Positions 17,891-26,401 of a stretch of DNA of 64,000 nt are shown here, in pieces. Origin of the DNA: Dehalococcoidia bacterium (GTDB lineage: Bacteria > Chloroflexota > Dehalococcoidia > Lucifugimonadales > UBA2985); NCBI GenBank assembly GCA_965204895.1, contig OZ242025.1, forward strand, positions 833,621 to 897,620, read 5' to 3'. Below the pieces are notes generated by a model, which saw only the letters and a program-made list of their open reading frames with translations, searched no databases and was not told where the DNA came from. Position 1 is the first letter of the stretch; every line of letters starts with the position of its first letter. The translations under genes were made by a program, and so were the position numbers.

Positions 17891-18856
17891 ATGCATAGAT
17901 ACGTAGCGAACCGACTAATTCAAGGAGCCGTTACCGGCATACTGGTGTCTCTGGTGATCTTCGCTATCCTGCGCATCGCCCCGGGCGACGTGGCGATGAT
18001 GATTGCGCTGGAGATGACCGGCGGCGAAGAGGACCTGGTTACAGAGGACCAGTTGGCTAAGATCCGCGAGGACGTGGGTCTCAACGCCCCCATATACATG
18101 CAGTACCTGCGCTGGATTGGCGGCTGGGTGACCGGTGACTGGGGCGAGTCCATGTTCTCCAACGAGGGCATATGGGAGAACTTCATGAGGAAGCTCCCTG
18201 TGACACTGGAGTTGGCAATTCTCTCAATTGCCCTGTCCACTATCCTGGGGCTTCCCGCAGGGGTGCTCATGGCCCTCAAACGGGATACCTGGATAGACTA
18301 CACTCTGAGAATCTGGTCTCTGTCAGGCCTCTCGATACCCAACTTCTGGCTTGCCACCATGCTGCTAGTTATCGGCATGTACATATTCGAGTGGAGTCCC
18401 CAGATCGGCTTCGTCCCGTTCTTCGATGACCCTGGGGCGAACATGAGCCAGTTCTTCTGGCCGGCCGTCATAGTGGGCTTCTCCTCCATGGTCACCAAGG
18501 CGCGGATGATGCGCTCCACCATGCTGGAGGTGCTGCGACAGGACTACATCCGCACGGCCCACGCCAAGGGCCTCAGCGGGACCATGGTCACCTACCGGCA
18601 CGCCATGAAGAACGCCTTCATCCCGGTGATCACGGTCATCGGCTTCTCCATAGCCACCATCATCGGCGGGTCCGTCATCATGGAGCGCATCTTCGTGCTG
18701 GACGGCATCGGCAACATGCTGGTGGAGGGCATGAACCAGCGAGACTACCCGGTTGTGCAGTCGCTGGTGCTGCTCTTCTCCCTGTGGATAGTGATCACAA
18801 ACCTGATTGTGGACCTGAGCTACGGCTGGCTGGACCCCCGCATACGGTTCGACTAG
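17891..18856 (+). CDS. ABC peptide/nickel-type transporter permease (OppB/DppB family), copy 2
   Basis: 321 aa, collinear with copy 1 without indels. A 104-bp tract (18470-18573) is identical to 17156-17259. Confidence 0.9.
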   Translation: MHRYVANRLIQGAVTGILVSLVIFAILRIAPGDVAMMIALEMTGGEEDLVTEDQLAKIREDVGLNAPIYMQYLRWIGGWVTGDWGESMFSNEGIWENFMRKLPVTLELAILSIALSTILGLPAGVLMALKRDTWIDYTLRIWSLSGLSIPNFWLATMLLVIGMYIFEWSPQIGFVPFFDDPGANMSQFFWPAVIVGFSSMVTKARMMRSTMLEVLRQDYIRTAHAKGLSGTMVTYRHAMKNAFIPVITVIGFSIATIIGGSVIMERIFVLDGIGNMLVEGMNQRDYPVVQSLVLLFSLWIVITNLIVDLSYGWLDPRIRFD

Positions 18857-18891
18857 AGTTACCTCTACAACACAACATATCGTATTGTTGC

Positions 18892-18930
18892 AAAGCTGGC
18901 CAGGACGAATACCTGGCCAGCTTTATTTCT
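18892..18930 (+). terminator. Rho-independent terminator
   Basis: Stem aaagctggccagg/cctggccagcttt with loop acgaata, followed by the T-rich tail atttct. Confidence 0.65.
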
Positions 18931-19015
18931 CTGGCCGAAGCAATATACATACGCCGAAAGGCCCTTAATCAACCAAACCGGTACCTCGGCTTGTTGCGAT
19001 GTATTCAGAGTGCAG

Positions 19016-19024
19016 TGGTATAAT
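19016..19024 (+). promoter_or_regulatory. Extended -10 promoter element TGGTATAAT
   Basis: tggtataat ends 8 nt before the ATG at 19033, so the methyltransferase mRNA would be leaderless or nearly so. Confidence 0.4.
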
Positions 19025-19032
19025 TGCGAGGT

Positions 19033-20475
19033 ATGAACGCACACAATCCAGACGCTCCAGAACAGGCGCACCCGGCAGTCTGTCGCTATTTGCTTGATAG
19101 CGAGGCGCTCTCGCCAGATAACGCTCAGAATACAGATATTCCGGAAACAGCGGAGCAGCATATTATTCGCGGCGATGCTCTAGATGTTCTAGCGAGATTA
19201 CCCGCGGAGTCTGTTGACCTAGTACACACTAGTCCGCCCTACAACATTAACAAGCCATATGAATCTGACCTAACTGACAGGGCTTCCGCCAATGTGTACA
19301 AGGAATTCCTCTCTGCGGCCATCAACGAACTCAAGCGGGTGATCAGACCTGGTGGATCTATTTTCTGGCAAACCGGGTATACTCAAAGCGAGCGGAACGA
19401 TTCTGAGATAGTCCCCATTGACTTCCTTAGCTATGAGTTTTTCCGCTCTGAACCTAACCCCTTTATTCTCTGGGACAGAATAATTTGGCGTTACTGGGGC
19501 GGCCACGCATTCACCAAGAAATTCACCAACAAGCACGAAACCGTTCTTTGGTTTGTCAAAGCTGGCAAAGAGCCGACCTTTCTCGTGGATGCTGTCAGAG
19601 AGAAATCTAAAGAGTACGATAAACGTAACAATCTTTGGGGGCGTAACCCTGGTAACGTCTGGGAGGTAGATCGCGTAGCCTATGGCTCTACCGAACAGAC
19701 ATCTCATATAGCTGTCTTTCCAGAAGAAATCACCGAAAGAATCGTTCGTGCATGCTCTAACCCTTCGGATTTGGTGTTGGACCCGTTTTCGGGGAGTGGC
19801 ACCGTGGCGAAAGTAGCTCATGGGCTGGGGCGAAGATGGATTGGCATAGAAATATCCCCCCTGTACGCCGATGAGTCTTGTGTGCGAGTTGGATACCAGC
19901 AACCTTCCGAGCATGAGTCCTTGGCGTCGGAACTGATTAAAAGATTGGCCTTTAAGGACAAGCCCGGAAAATTGAAGCTCTCAGAGGTTTTTGACAGGGT
20001 TTCGCTTTGGGCTAGAAGTGTTTCGGTTGACGAGCTACAAAGTGTACTCGACTTGGATATCAACAGAGTTTTCAGTGATGGGAGTGGTAGAAATCAGGTC
20101 AAGCGCGAAGTCTGGATGAAGTATGACAAAATCATGGATCAGCCCGCCAAAGGAACCTCTGTAGCTCTTGCGGACGAGCTGCTCTCCAACTGTTACAAGC
20201 TCAGGCAGCAATTCAACGGTGTTACCCGCTTCAGGTCAGCGTTGACAGCATTGACGACTTGTTTAGACAAGTTTATAGATTACAGTTCTGCACTTCCTTA
20301 CATCTCTAGACTTGCTAGACAGGAGCCCTCCTCTTTTGAGTTGCACGAGACCGAGCTTACGTTCCTTTCGCCAAGCCGCAAAGTAGGCTCTAGCGCTCTT
20401 GATCTTCAAGCCGACGATGTCCAAGACAAAGGCGGCATTGAAGAAACTAGCTCACAAGGAAGGCTGCCTCTGTGA
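19033..20475 (+). CDS. Site-specific DNA methyltransferase, beta class (N4-cytosine or N6-adenine), with ~190-aa C-terminal extension
   Basis: Motif IV is TSPPY (DLVHTSPPYNINKPYE), which precedes motif I DPFSGSGT, as in the N6_N4_Mtase architecture. The ORF track begins at TTG 19024. The region is lower in GC. Confidence 0.85.
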   Translation: MNAHNPDAPEQAHPAVCRYLLDSEALSPDNAQNTDIPETAEQHIIRGDALDVLARLPAESVDLVHTSPPYNINKPYESDLTDRASANVYKEFLSAAINELKRVIRPGGSIFWQTGYTQSERNDSEIVPIDFLSYEFFRSEPNPFILWDRIIWRYWGGHAFTKKFTNKHETVLWFVKAGKEPTFLVDAVREKSKEYDKRNNLWGRNPGNVWEVDRVAYGSTEQTSHIAVFPEEITERIVRACSNPSDLVLDPFSGSGTVAKVAHGLGRRWIGIEISPLYADESCVRVGYQQPSEHESLASELIKRLAFKDKPGKLKLSEVFDRVSLWARSVSVDELQSVLDLDINRVFSDGSGRNQVKREVWMKYDKIMDQPAKGTSVALADELLSNCYKLRQQFNGVTRFRSALTALTTCLDKFIDYSSALPYISRLARQEPSSFELHETELTFLSPSRKVGSSALDLQADDVQDKGGIEETSSQGRLPL

Positions 20476-21446
20476 ATCAGTGGTTGTCTCCTACCCAAGA
20501 AACCCTAAAGTCTGTCATAGAGACTTCGTCAGGGAGGCTTCTGCTTTGTAGCCCTTTCATTTCCAGGTCGGGACTAGATGTAGTCGCTGACTCGTTACCA
20601 GGCGCCGTCTCGCAAATTGAAATATGGACCAAGCTTGATACCCACGACTGGTTAACCGGCGCCTCTGATTCTGAGGGCCTATTGGACTTTATTCAACAGG
20701 TTAAACCCCAAGTATCTGACGTTTCGCTCCGCCAATCTAGCAATCTACATGCCAAGATCATCGTATCGGATGGCCCGCAGGGGCTTGCAGGGTCCTCCAA
20801 CCTGACTGCTGGCGGCTTCGGACGCAACTTGGAGGTTACGCGCCTAACGTCAGATGGTGAATTGGATGAACTCAGGAGTTTCGTTGAAGCCATGAGGCCT
20901 AAACTGACACCTGTGACATTTGAGCAGTTCAATGACTTTGTTGCCCAATGCGTAGCCAAAATCGACTCTCAAGAGGCTTTGCTAGAGCTTATTCGAGACG
21001 AGATGCCGCCCCCAGACTTGGGGCCTCTACCCCTTACAAGCTACAGGGAATTCCTAACTTTCCTTGATTCTCAGGCCAGCCCATTGGCAAGTGATATCTT
21101 GAGGATAGCCAGAAATTTGGATCGCAACAATAACACCGGCAAGGTCAAACAAGCATTCTTTGGGGTTCAAAGATTCCTGCAAGAGTACCCAACATATAGG
21201 AACCGTGTAGCGTCTCTTCCAGACGATCAATGGTTTGATGTATCTGGAGACTCAATGTTTGGAGATTGGCGCCGATTCCTGATTGACTACAGCTTAGAAG
21301 TCAACTCGGCTTACGGATATTCAATTCCTACGCTCATCCGCTACCTTACGCTAACCTCAGGCGGCTCACTAGTAGGCGGTGGTGGTGGAGACAACGAACT
21401 TAAGCGAGTGTGGCCGTTTGTGGGCAGACTTATAGTGTCCCAATAA
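20472..21446 (+). CDS. PLD-family (single HKD motif) nuclease, candidate restriction endonuclease partner
   Basis: HKD motif NLHAKIIVSDGPQGLAGSSNLT (HxK(x)4D...GSxN). The GTG start overlaps the methyltransferase stop (GTGA). The ~170-aa C-terminal domain is uncharacterised. Confidence 0.7.
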   Translation: MNQWLSPTQETLKSVIETSSGRLLLCSPFISRSGLDVVADSLPGAVSQIEIWTKLDTHDWLTGASDSEGLLDFIQQVKPQVSDVSLRQSSNLHAKIIVSDGPQGLAGSSNLTAGGFGRNLEVTRLTSDGELDELRSFVEAMRPKLTPVTFEQFNDFVAQCVAKIDSQEALLELIRDEMPPPDLGPLPLTSYREFLTFLDSQASPLASDILRIARNLDRNNNTGKVKQAFFGVQRFLQEYPTYRNRVASLPDDQWFDVSGDSMFGDWRRFLIDYSLEVNSAYGYSIPTLIRYLTLTSGGSLVGGGGGDNELKRVWPFVGRLIVSQ

Positions 21447-21540
21447 TCTTCCTTCTCCTCGCAACCTCGTCGTGAGTATCCCTGCCACTCGCCTACGACT
21501 TCCATTTAGACAGGCAGAGGGTTACAATTAGCGCCGGAGC

Positions 21541-22110
21541 ATGGCCATGATTCTGCTGATAGACAACTACGACAGCTTCACCTACAACCTGTACCAGTAC
21601 CTGAGCGAGCTTGGGGCCGAGGTGGAGGTGGTGCGCAACGACCAGGCCACCGTTGAGGACGTGGAGCTCATGCGCCCGGAGAAGATAGTCATCTCCCCGG
21701 GGCCGTGCACTCCCAAGGAGGCGGGCATCTCCAACGACGTGGTGAGCCACTTCGCCGGCCGCGTGCCCATCCTTGGCGTCTGCCTGGGGCACCAGTGCAT
21801 CGGGTACACGTACGGCGGCACCGTGGACAGGGCCGGGGAGATAATGCACGGCAAGACCTCGATGATCCACCACGACGGCAAGGGCGTCTTCCGCGGCCTT
21901 CCCAATCCCTTCGAGGCCATTCGCTACCACTCACTGGCCATCTACCGGGAGGACCTGCCGGATGACCTGGAGGTAACGGCGTGGACGGACAAAGGCCTGA
22001 TTATGGGCGTGCGCCACAAGGAGCACCAGGTGGAAGGCGTGCAGTTCCACCCTGAGTCCATCATGACAGTCGTGGGCAAAGACCTGCTGAGGAACTTCCT
22101 CAGCTCCTGA
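21541..22110 (+). CDS. trpG: Anthranilate synthase component II / glutamine amidotransferase (TrpG/PabA)
   Basis: [19 protein letters not shown], catalytic [10 protein letters not shown], and GVQFHPES. It is the first gene of the trp cluster. Confidence 0.9.
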   Translation: MAMILLIDNYDSFTYNLYQYLSELGAEVEVVRNDQATVEDVELMRPEKIVISPGPCTPKEAGISNDVVSHFAGRVPILGVCLGHQCIGYTYGGTVDRAGEIMHGKTSMIHHDGKGVFRGLPNPFEAIRYHSLAIYREDLPDDLEVTAWTDKGLIMGVRHKEHQVEGVQFHPESIMTVVGKDLLRNFLSS

Positions 22111-22117
22111 GGCGAGA

Positions 22118-23131
22118 ATGATACAGGAAGCCATAAGCAGCGTGGTCTCCGGCCATCACCTGTCCGCAGAGGAGGCGACCCAGGTGATGGAGGAGATAAT
22201 GACGGGCGAAGCGACCCCGGCGCAGTTCGGGGCCTTTGTCACAGCCCTGCGACTCAAGGGCGAGACCCCTGACGAGATCGCGGGCATGGCCAGGGTAATG
22301 CGCGAGAAGGCCCTCCGCGTCCAGTCCGACGGCGACCTGGTGGACACCTGCGGCACCGGCGGCGACGGGTCACACACAATAAACGTATCCACCATAGCCG
22401 CGTTCGTCACCGCGGGCGCGGGGCTGAAGGTTGCCAAGCACGGAAACCGGGCCATCACCAGCGCATGCGGCAGCGCAGACGTCATGGAGGCCGCCGGCGT
22501 GAAGGTGGACCTGGGGCCTGAGGCGGTGGAGCAGTGCATCCGGGACGTGGGGATTGGCTTCATGTTCGCTCCCACCTTCCACCCCGCCATGAGGCACGCA
22601 GGCCCTCCCCGCAGGGAGATTGGCATACGCACCGTGTTCAACATCCTTGGCCCCCTGACCAACCCCGCCGGGGCGCGCAGCCAGGTGCTGGGCGTGGCCG
22701 ACGGCGCGCTTGGGGAGAAGATGGCGATGGTGCTGCTCCGACTTGGCTGCCAGCACGCCCTCGTGGTCCACGGGGAGGACGGCCTGGACGAGATCTCCAT
22801 AACTTCGCCGTCCCAGATATGGGAGCTGAAGGACGGCAACATCTACAACTTCACCGTTACGCCGGAGGACATGGGGCTGTCCAGGGCCGCCGCCAGCGAC
22901 GTACAGGGAAGCTCCATCGAGGACAATCTGGCCGCCATGAACGGCGTCCTCTCCGGCGAGAGGGGCCCGGCAAGGGACATTGTGCTGCTCAACGCCTCCG
23001 CCGCGCTGGCCGCCGGCAACGCCGTCGATAACCTGAAGCAGGGAATCATGGCAGCTTCCGAGTCCATAGACAGCGGCAAGGCAATGGACAAGCTCCGCGC
23101 CCTGGCCGAGCTGAGCCAGAAGCTGGCGTAG
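22118..23131 (+). CDS. trpD: Anthranilate phosphoribosyltransferase
   Basis: DTCGTGGDGSHTINVST, KHGNRAITSACGSADV and NILGPLTNP motifs. Confidence 0.95.
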   Translation: MIQEAISSVVSGHHLSAEEATQVMEEIMTGEATPAQFGAFVTALRLKGETPDEIAGMARVMREKALRVQSDGDLVDTCGTGGDGSHTINVSTIAAFVTAGAGLKVAKHGNRAITSACGSADVMEAAGVKVDLGPEAVEQCIRDVGIGFMFAPTFHPAMRHAGPPRREIGIRTVFNILGPLTNPAGARSQVLGVADGALGEKMAMVLLRLGCQHALVVHGEDGLDEISITSPSQIWELKDGNIYNFTVTPEDMGLSRAAASDVQGSSIEDNLAAMNGVLSGERGPARDIVLLNASAALAAGNAVDNLKQGIMAASESIDSGKAMDKLRALAELSQKLA

Positions 23132-23140
23132 GTCTCAGGC

Positions 23141-23935
23141 ATGGCTACCATTCTTGACAAGATCGTTGAGGTAAAGGCGCGGGAGGTGGAGCGCCGCAAG
23201 GTGGAGGAGCCCCTTGAGGCGCTTGAGGAGCGCATCCAGTCGCTGCCCGTGCCCGCCAACCTCTCCGGCGCGCTAATGGGAGACGGCCTGCGGCTGATAG
23301 CGGAGACCAAGAAGGCGTCGCCGTCCAAGGGCCTGCTGCGGGCGGAGTACGACCCCGCGGCCCTGGCCAAATGCTACGTCGATAACGGCGCGGCGGCGGT
23401 TTCGGTGCTCACGGAGGTAGACCACTTTCAGGGCAGCCTGGAGCACCTGTCGGCGGTCAAGGAGGTCGTCCGGCCGCACGGCATACCCGCGCTGCGCAAG
23501 GACTTCATCTTCGACCCCTACCAGGTCTACGAGGCCAGGGCCTACGGCGCGGACGCCCTGCTACTGATAGTCGCCATCCTCACGCCTGAGTGCCTCAGGG
23601 AGCTTCTACAACTCAGCCAAAGCCTGTGGGTTCAGGCCCTTGTGGAGGTGCACGACGAGGAGGAGCTTCAAACGGCCCTGGACGCGGGCGCGGAGATAAT
23701 CGGCATCAACAACAGGGACCTGCGCACCTTCAACACGGACATCTCCCTCACGGACCGCCTGGCGTCCCTTGCGCCCAGGGGCAAGATTGTGGTCAGCGAG
23801 AGCGGCATTCACAGCCACGAGGACATGATGCGACTGCGACGGGGCGGCGCCCACGCCATGCTGGTGGGCGAGGCCATTGTCACCGCTCCGGACCCCGGGG
23901 CCAAGGTGAGGGAGCTGATTCGCGGCTCCGCGTGA
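23141..23935 (+). CDS. trpC: Indole-3-glycerol phosphate synthase
   Basis: ILDKIVEVKAREV, IAETKKASPSKG, LRKDFIFDPYQVYEARAYGADALLLI and GINNRDLRTF. Confidence 0.95.
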   Translation: MATILDKIVEVKAREVERRKVEEPLEALEERIQSLPVPANLSGALMGDGLRLIAETKKASPSKGLLRAEYDPAALAKCYVDNGAAAVSVLTEVDHFQGSLEHLSAVKEVVRPHGIPALRKDFIFDPYQVYEARAYGADALLLIVAILTPECLRELLQLSQSLWVQALVEVHDEEELQTALDAGAEIIGINNRDLRTFNTDISLTDRLASLAPRGKIVVSESGIHSHEDMMRLRRGGAHAMLVGEAIVTAPDPGAKVRELIRGSA

Positions 23936-23963
23936 GGCCGCTCTGCGAAGGAAATCTCTCTGT

Positions 23964-24647
23964 ATGACCAAGATAAAGATTTGCGGGCTGAGAAACATCG
24001 ACGACGCGCTGGCCGCCGCGAAGGCGGGCGCGGACTTCCTGGGCATCGTCTTTGAGCCGCGAAGCAAGCGCTACGTCGATGAGGATGAGGCCAGGCGGCT
24101 CATCCAGTCCTTCCGCGAGCGCTGGGGGCAGGACGGGCCTCGCTGGGTGGGCGTCTTCGCCAACCAGCCCCTGGAGGAGGTGCAGCGGGTCATCGCCCAC
24201 TGCGACCTGGACATGGCCCAGCTGTCGGGCAGCGAGTCGCCGGACTACTGCCGCCAGGTGGCCAAGCCCGTGATTAAAGTTGTGCACGTCAGGAGTGACG
24301 CGCCCGCCCGGGACGTTCTGACGGAGGTGGGCAACTCCCTGGCCCTTTACGAGAACGACGGCCACATCCTCATGCTGGACACCTTCAAGCAGGGAGTCCT
24401 TGGCGGCACCGGGCAGGTCTTCGACTGGGACGTGGCCCGGGAACTGGCCCGCGAGCACCCCCTGCTCCTGGCTGGCGGCCTTAACCGGGACAACGTGGCC
24501 GAGGCCATGCGCCAGGTCGGGTCCTGGGGCCTGGACGTCTCCAGCGGCGTCGAGACCGACGGCCATAAGGACGCGGCCAAAATCGTGGACTTCATAGAGC
24601 AGGTCAGGCTCGCAGACACGCTGCTTAAGCAGCGCGCCGGGGCGTGA
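23964..24647 (+). CDS. trpF: Phosphoribosylanthranilate isomerase
   Basis: [30 protein letters not shown] and [10 protein letters not shown], in the trp cluster context. Confidence 0.9.
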   Translation: MTKIKICGLRNIDDALAAAKAGADFLGIVFEPRSKRYVDEDEARRLIQSFRERWGQDGPRWVGVFANQPLEEVQRVIAHCDLDMAQLSGSESPDYCRQVAKPVIKVVHVRSDAPARDVLTEVGNSLALYENDGHILMLDTFKQGVLGGTGQVFDWDVARELAREHPLLLAGGLNRDNVAEAMRQVGSWGLDVSSGVETDGHKDAAKIVDFIEQVRLADTLLKQRAGA

Positions 24648-24669
24648 CGACCTCACAGAAGGCAAAGGC

Positions 24670-25866
24670 ATGACTACAGAGAAAGCTCCCCTCCCCGACT
24701 CCCTGGGCCACTTTGGGCCTTACGGCGGCCGCTTTGTGCCGGAGACCCTGATGTCGGCGCTGGAGGAGCTTGAGAGGGAGTACGCTGCCTCCCGGGAGTC
24801 CCACCTCTTTCAAAATCGGCTCTCGGACTACAACGCCAACTACGCCGGAAGGCCAACGCCCCTGTACTTCGCCCGCAACCTGTCGGCCCAGTTCGGCGGC
24901 GCTCGCATCTACCTGAAGCGGGAGGACCTGACCCACACGGGCGCCCACAAGATCAACAACGCCCTGGGCCAGGCGCTGCTGGCACAGCACATGGGCAAGC
25001 GGCGCATCATTGCCGAGACGGGCGCAGGGCAGCACGGCGTTGCAACGGCCACCGCCTGCGCAATGCTGGGGCTGGAGTGCGTGGTGTACATGGGTGAGGA
25101 GGACATGCGGCGACAGGCCATCAACGTCTACCGCATGAGGCTGCTGGGAGCGGAGGTGAGGGCCGTGACGGCGGGGAGCCGCACCCTGAAGGACGCCATC
25201 AACGAGGCCATCCGCGACTGGGTGACCAACGTGGAGACCACCCACTACCTGCTGGGCAGCGTCGTGGGGCCGCACCCGTACCCCATGATGGTGCGGGACT
25301 TCCAGTCGGTCATCGGCGTGGAGGCGCGCCGGCAGATGCTGGAGGCGGAGGGCCGCCTGCCCGACTACGCCGTTGCGTGCGTCGGTGGCGGCAGCAACTC
25401 GATGGGCCTCTTCTACCCCTTCATCAACGACACCGAGGTCAAGCTGGTGGGCGTAGAGGCCGGCGGCAGCGGCGTCGACACCGGGAGCCACGCGTCCACT
25501 CTCGTCGCCGGAAGGCCCGGCGTGCTTCACGGCTCCATGTCCTACCTGCTCCAGGACGAGCACGGCCAGGTGAAGGAGACCCACAGCATCTCCGCGGGCC
25601 TGGACTACCCCGGCGTTGGCCCGGAGCACAGCCACCTGAAGGACACGGAGCGGGCGGAGTACACCGCCGTCACCGACTCCCAGGCCCTTGAGGGCTTCCA
25701 CCTGCTATCACGCGCCGAGGGCATCATCCCCGCCCTGGAGCCGGCCCACGCCATCTACTACGTCAGCCAGCTGGCCCCAACGCTGCCCCAGGACGCGATT
25801 GTCCTGGTCTGCCTCAGCGGCCGCGGCGACAAGGACGTGGACACGGTGGCGCGGCTGGGGGAGTAG
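24670..25866 (+). CDS. trpB: Tryptophan synthase beta chain
   Basis: [32 protein letters not shown] (PLP lysine), and [12 protein letters not shown]. Confidence 0.97.
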   Translation: MTTEKAPLPDSLGHFGPYGGRFVPETLMSALEELEREYAASRESHLFQNRLSDYNANYAGRPTPLYFARNLSAQFGGARIYLKREDLTHTGAHKINNALGQALLAQHMGKRRIIAETGAGQHGVATATACAMLGLECVVYMGEEDMRRQAINVYRMRLLGAEVRAVTAGSRTLKDAINEAIRDWVTNVETTHYLLGSVVGPHPYPMMVRDFQSVIGVEARRQMLEAEGRLPDYAVACVGGGSNSMGLFYPFINDTEVKLVGVEAGGSGVDTGSHASTLVAGRPGVLHGSMSYLLQDEHGQVKETHSISAGLDYPGVGPEHSHLKDTERAEYTAVTDSQALEGFHLLSRAEGIIPALEPAHAIYYVSQLAPTLPQDAIVLVCLSGRGDKDVDTVARLGE

Positions 25867-25892
25867 GGACGCGGCCAAGCAAGGAGGATCCA

Positions 25893-26126
25893 ATGGCAGA
25901 GGGCGGAACAAGGGCGTACACCTTTAGAAGCACAGTGAGAGAGCAGGACGATGGCCGGTGGAGCGCCTGGCTTGATTCCATACCCGCTTGCAGCACTTGG
26001 GGGCACACCAGAGAGGAAGCCCTGGCGGCGTTGCAGGAAGCCGCGGAGCTGCTTGTAGAGCATCTGATAGCATCCGGGGAAGAGATTCCAATAGATGATG
26101 TCGAGACCATCAGGGTGTTTGCTTGA
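25893..26126 (+). CDS. hicB: HicB-family antitoxin (UPF0150)
   Basis: YTFRSTVREQDDGRWSAWLDSIPACSTWGHTREEALAALQEAAELLVE, a HicB-type fold signature. It overlaps the next gene by 4 nt. Confidence 0.75.
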   Translation: MAEGGTRAYTFRSTVREQDDGRWSAWLDSIPACSTWGHTREEALAALQEAAELLVEHLIASGEEIPIDDVETIRVFA

Positions 26127-26383
26127 CGACTCTCTCCGCGCTCGTCTCCGCTCTGCGCAATGTCTCTGTTCGCAGGCTGATCTCGGCGTTAGAGCGGGAC
26201 GGCTTCACGCTCCAGAGGTCTAAAGGTTCCCACAGGATATACACGGATGGAGAAGGTAGGTTAGCGATTATAGCTGTTCACAGGGGCAGCGATACCCTTC
26301 CCCGCGATACCCTACGTAACCTCTTGCAGGCTACTCAATGGAACAGGGATGACGCGGTGCGATTGGGACTTCTTGATTCCTGA
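26123..26383 (+). CDS. hicA: HicA-family mRNA interferase toxin
   Basis: RRLISALERDGFTLQRSKGSHRIY...IIAVHRGSDTLPRDTLRNLL, a YcfA/HicA signature (kGSH). Confidence 0.8.
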   Translation: MTTLSALVSALRNVSVRRLISALERDGFTLQRSKGSHRIYTDGEGRLAIIAVHRGSDTLPRDTLRNLLQATQWNRDDAVRLGLLDS

Positions 26384-26401
26384 TAGGGAGGAACAACCAC
26401 G

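Noticed and set aside
21447-21540. A possible trp leader, attenuator or T-box upstream of trpG.
   Set aside because: The interval is only ~90 nt, with no Trp-codon leader peptide, no alternative hairpins and no T-box specifier/antiterminator features that I could find. Only a weak -10-like TACAAT is present.
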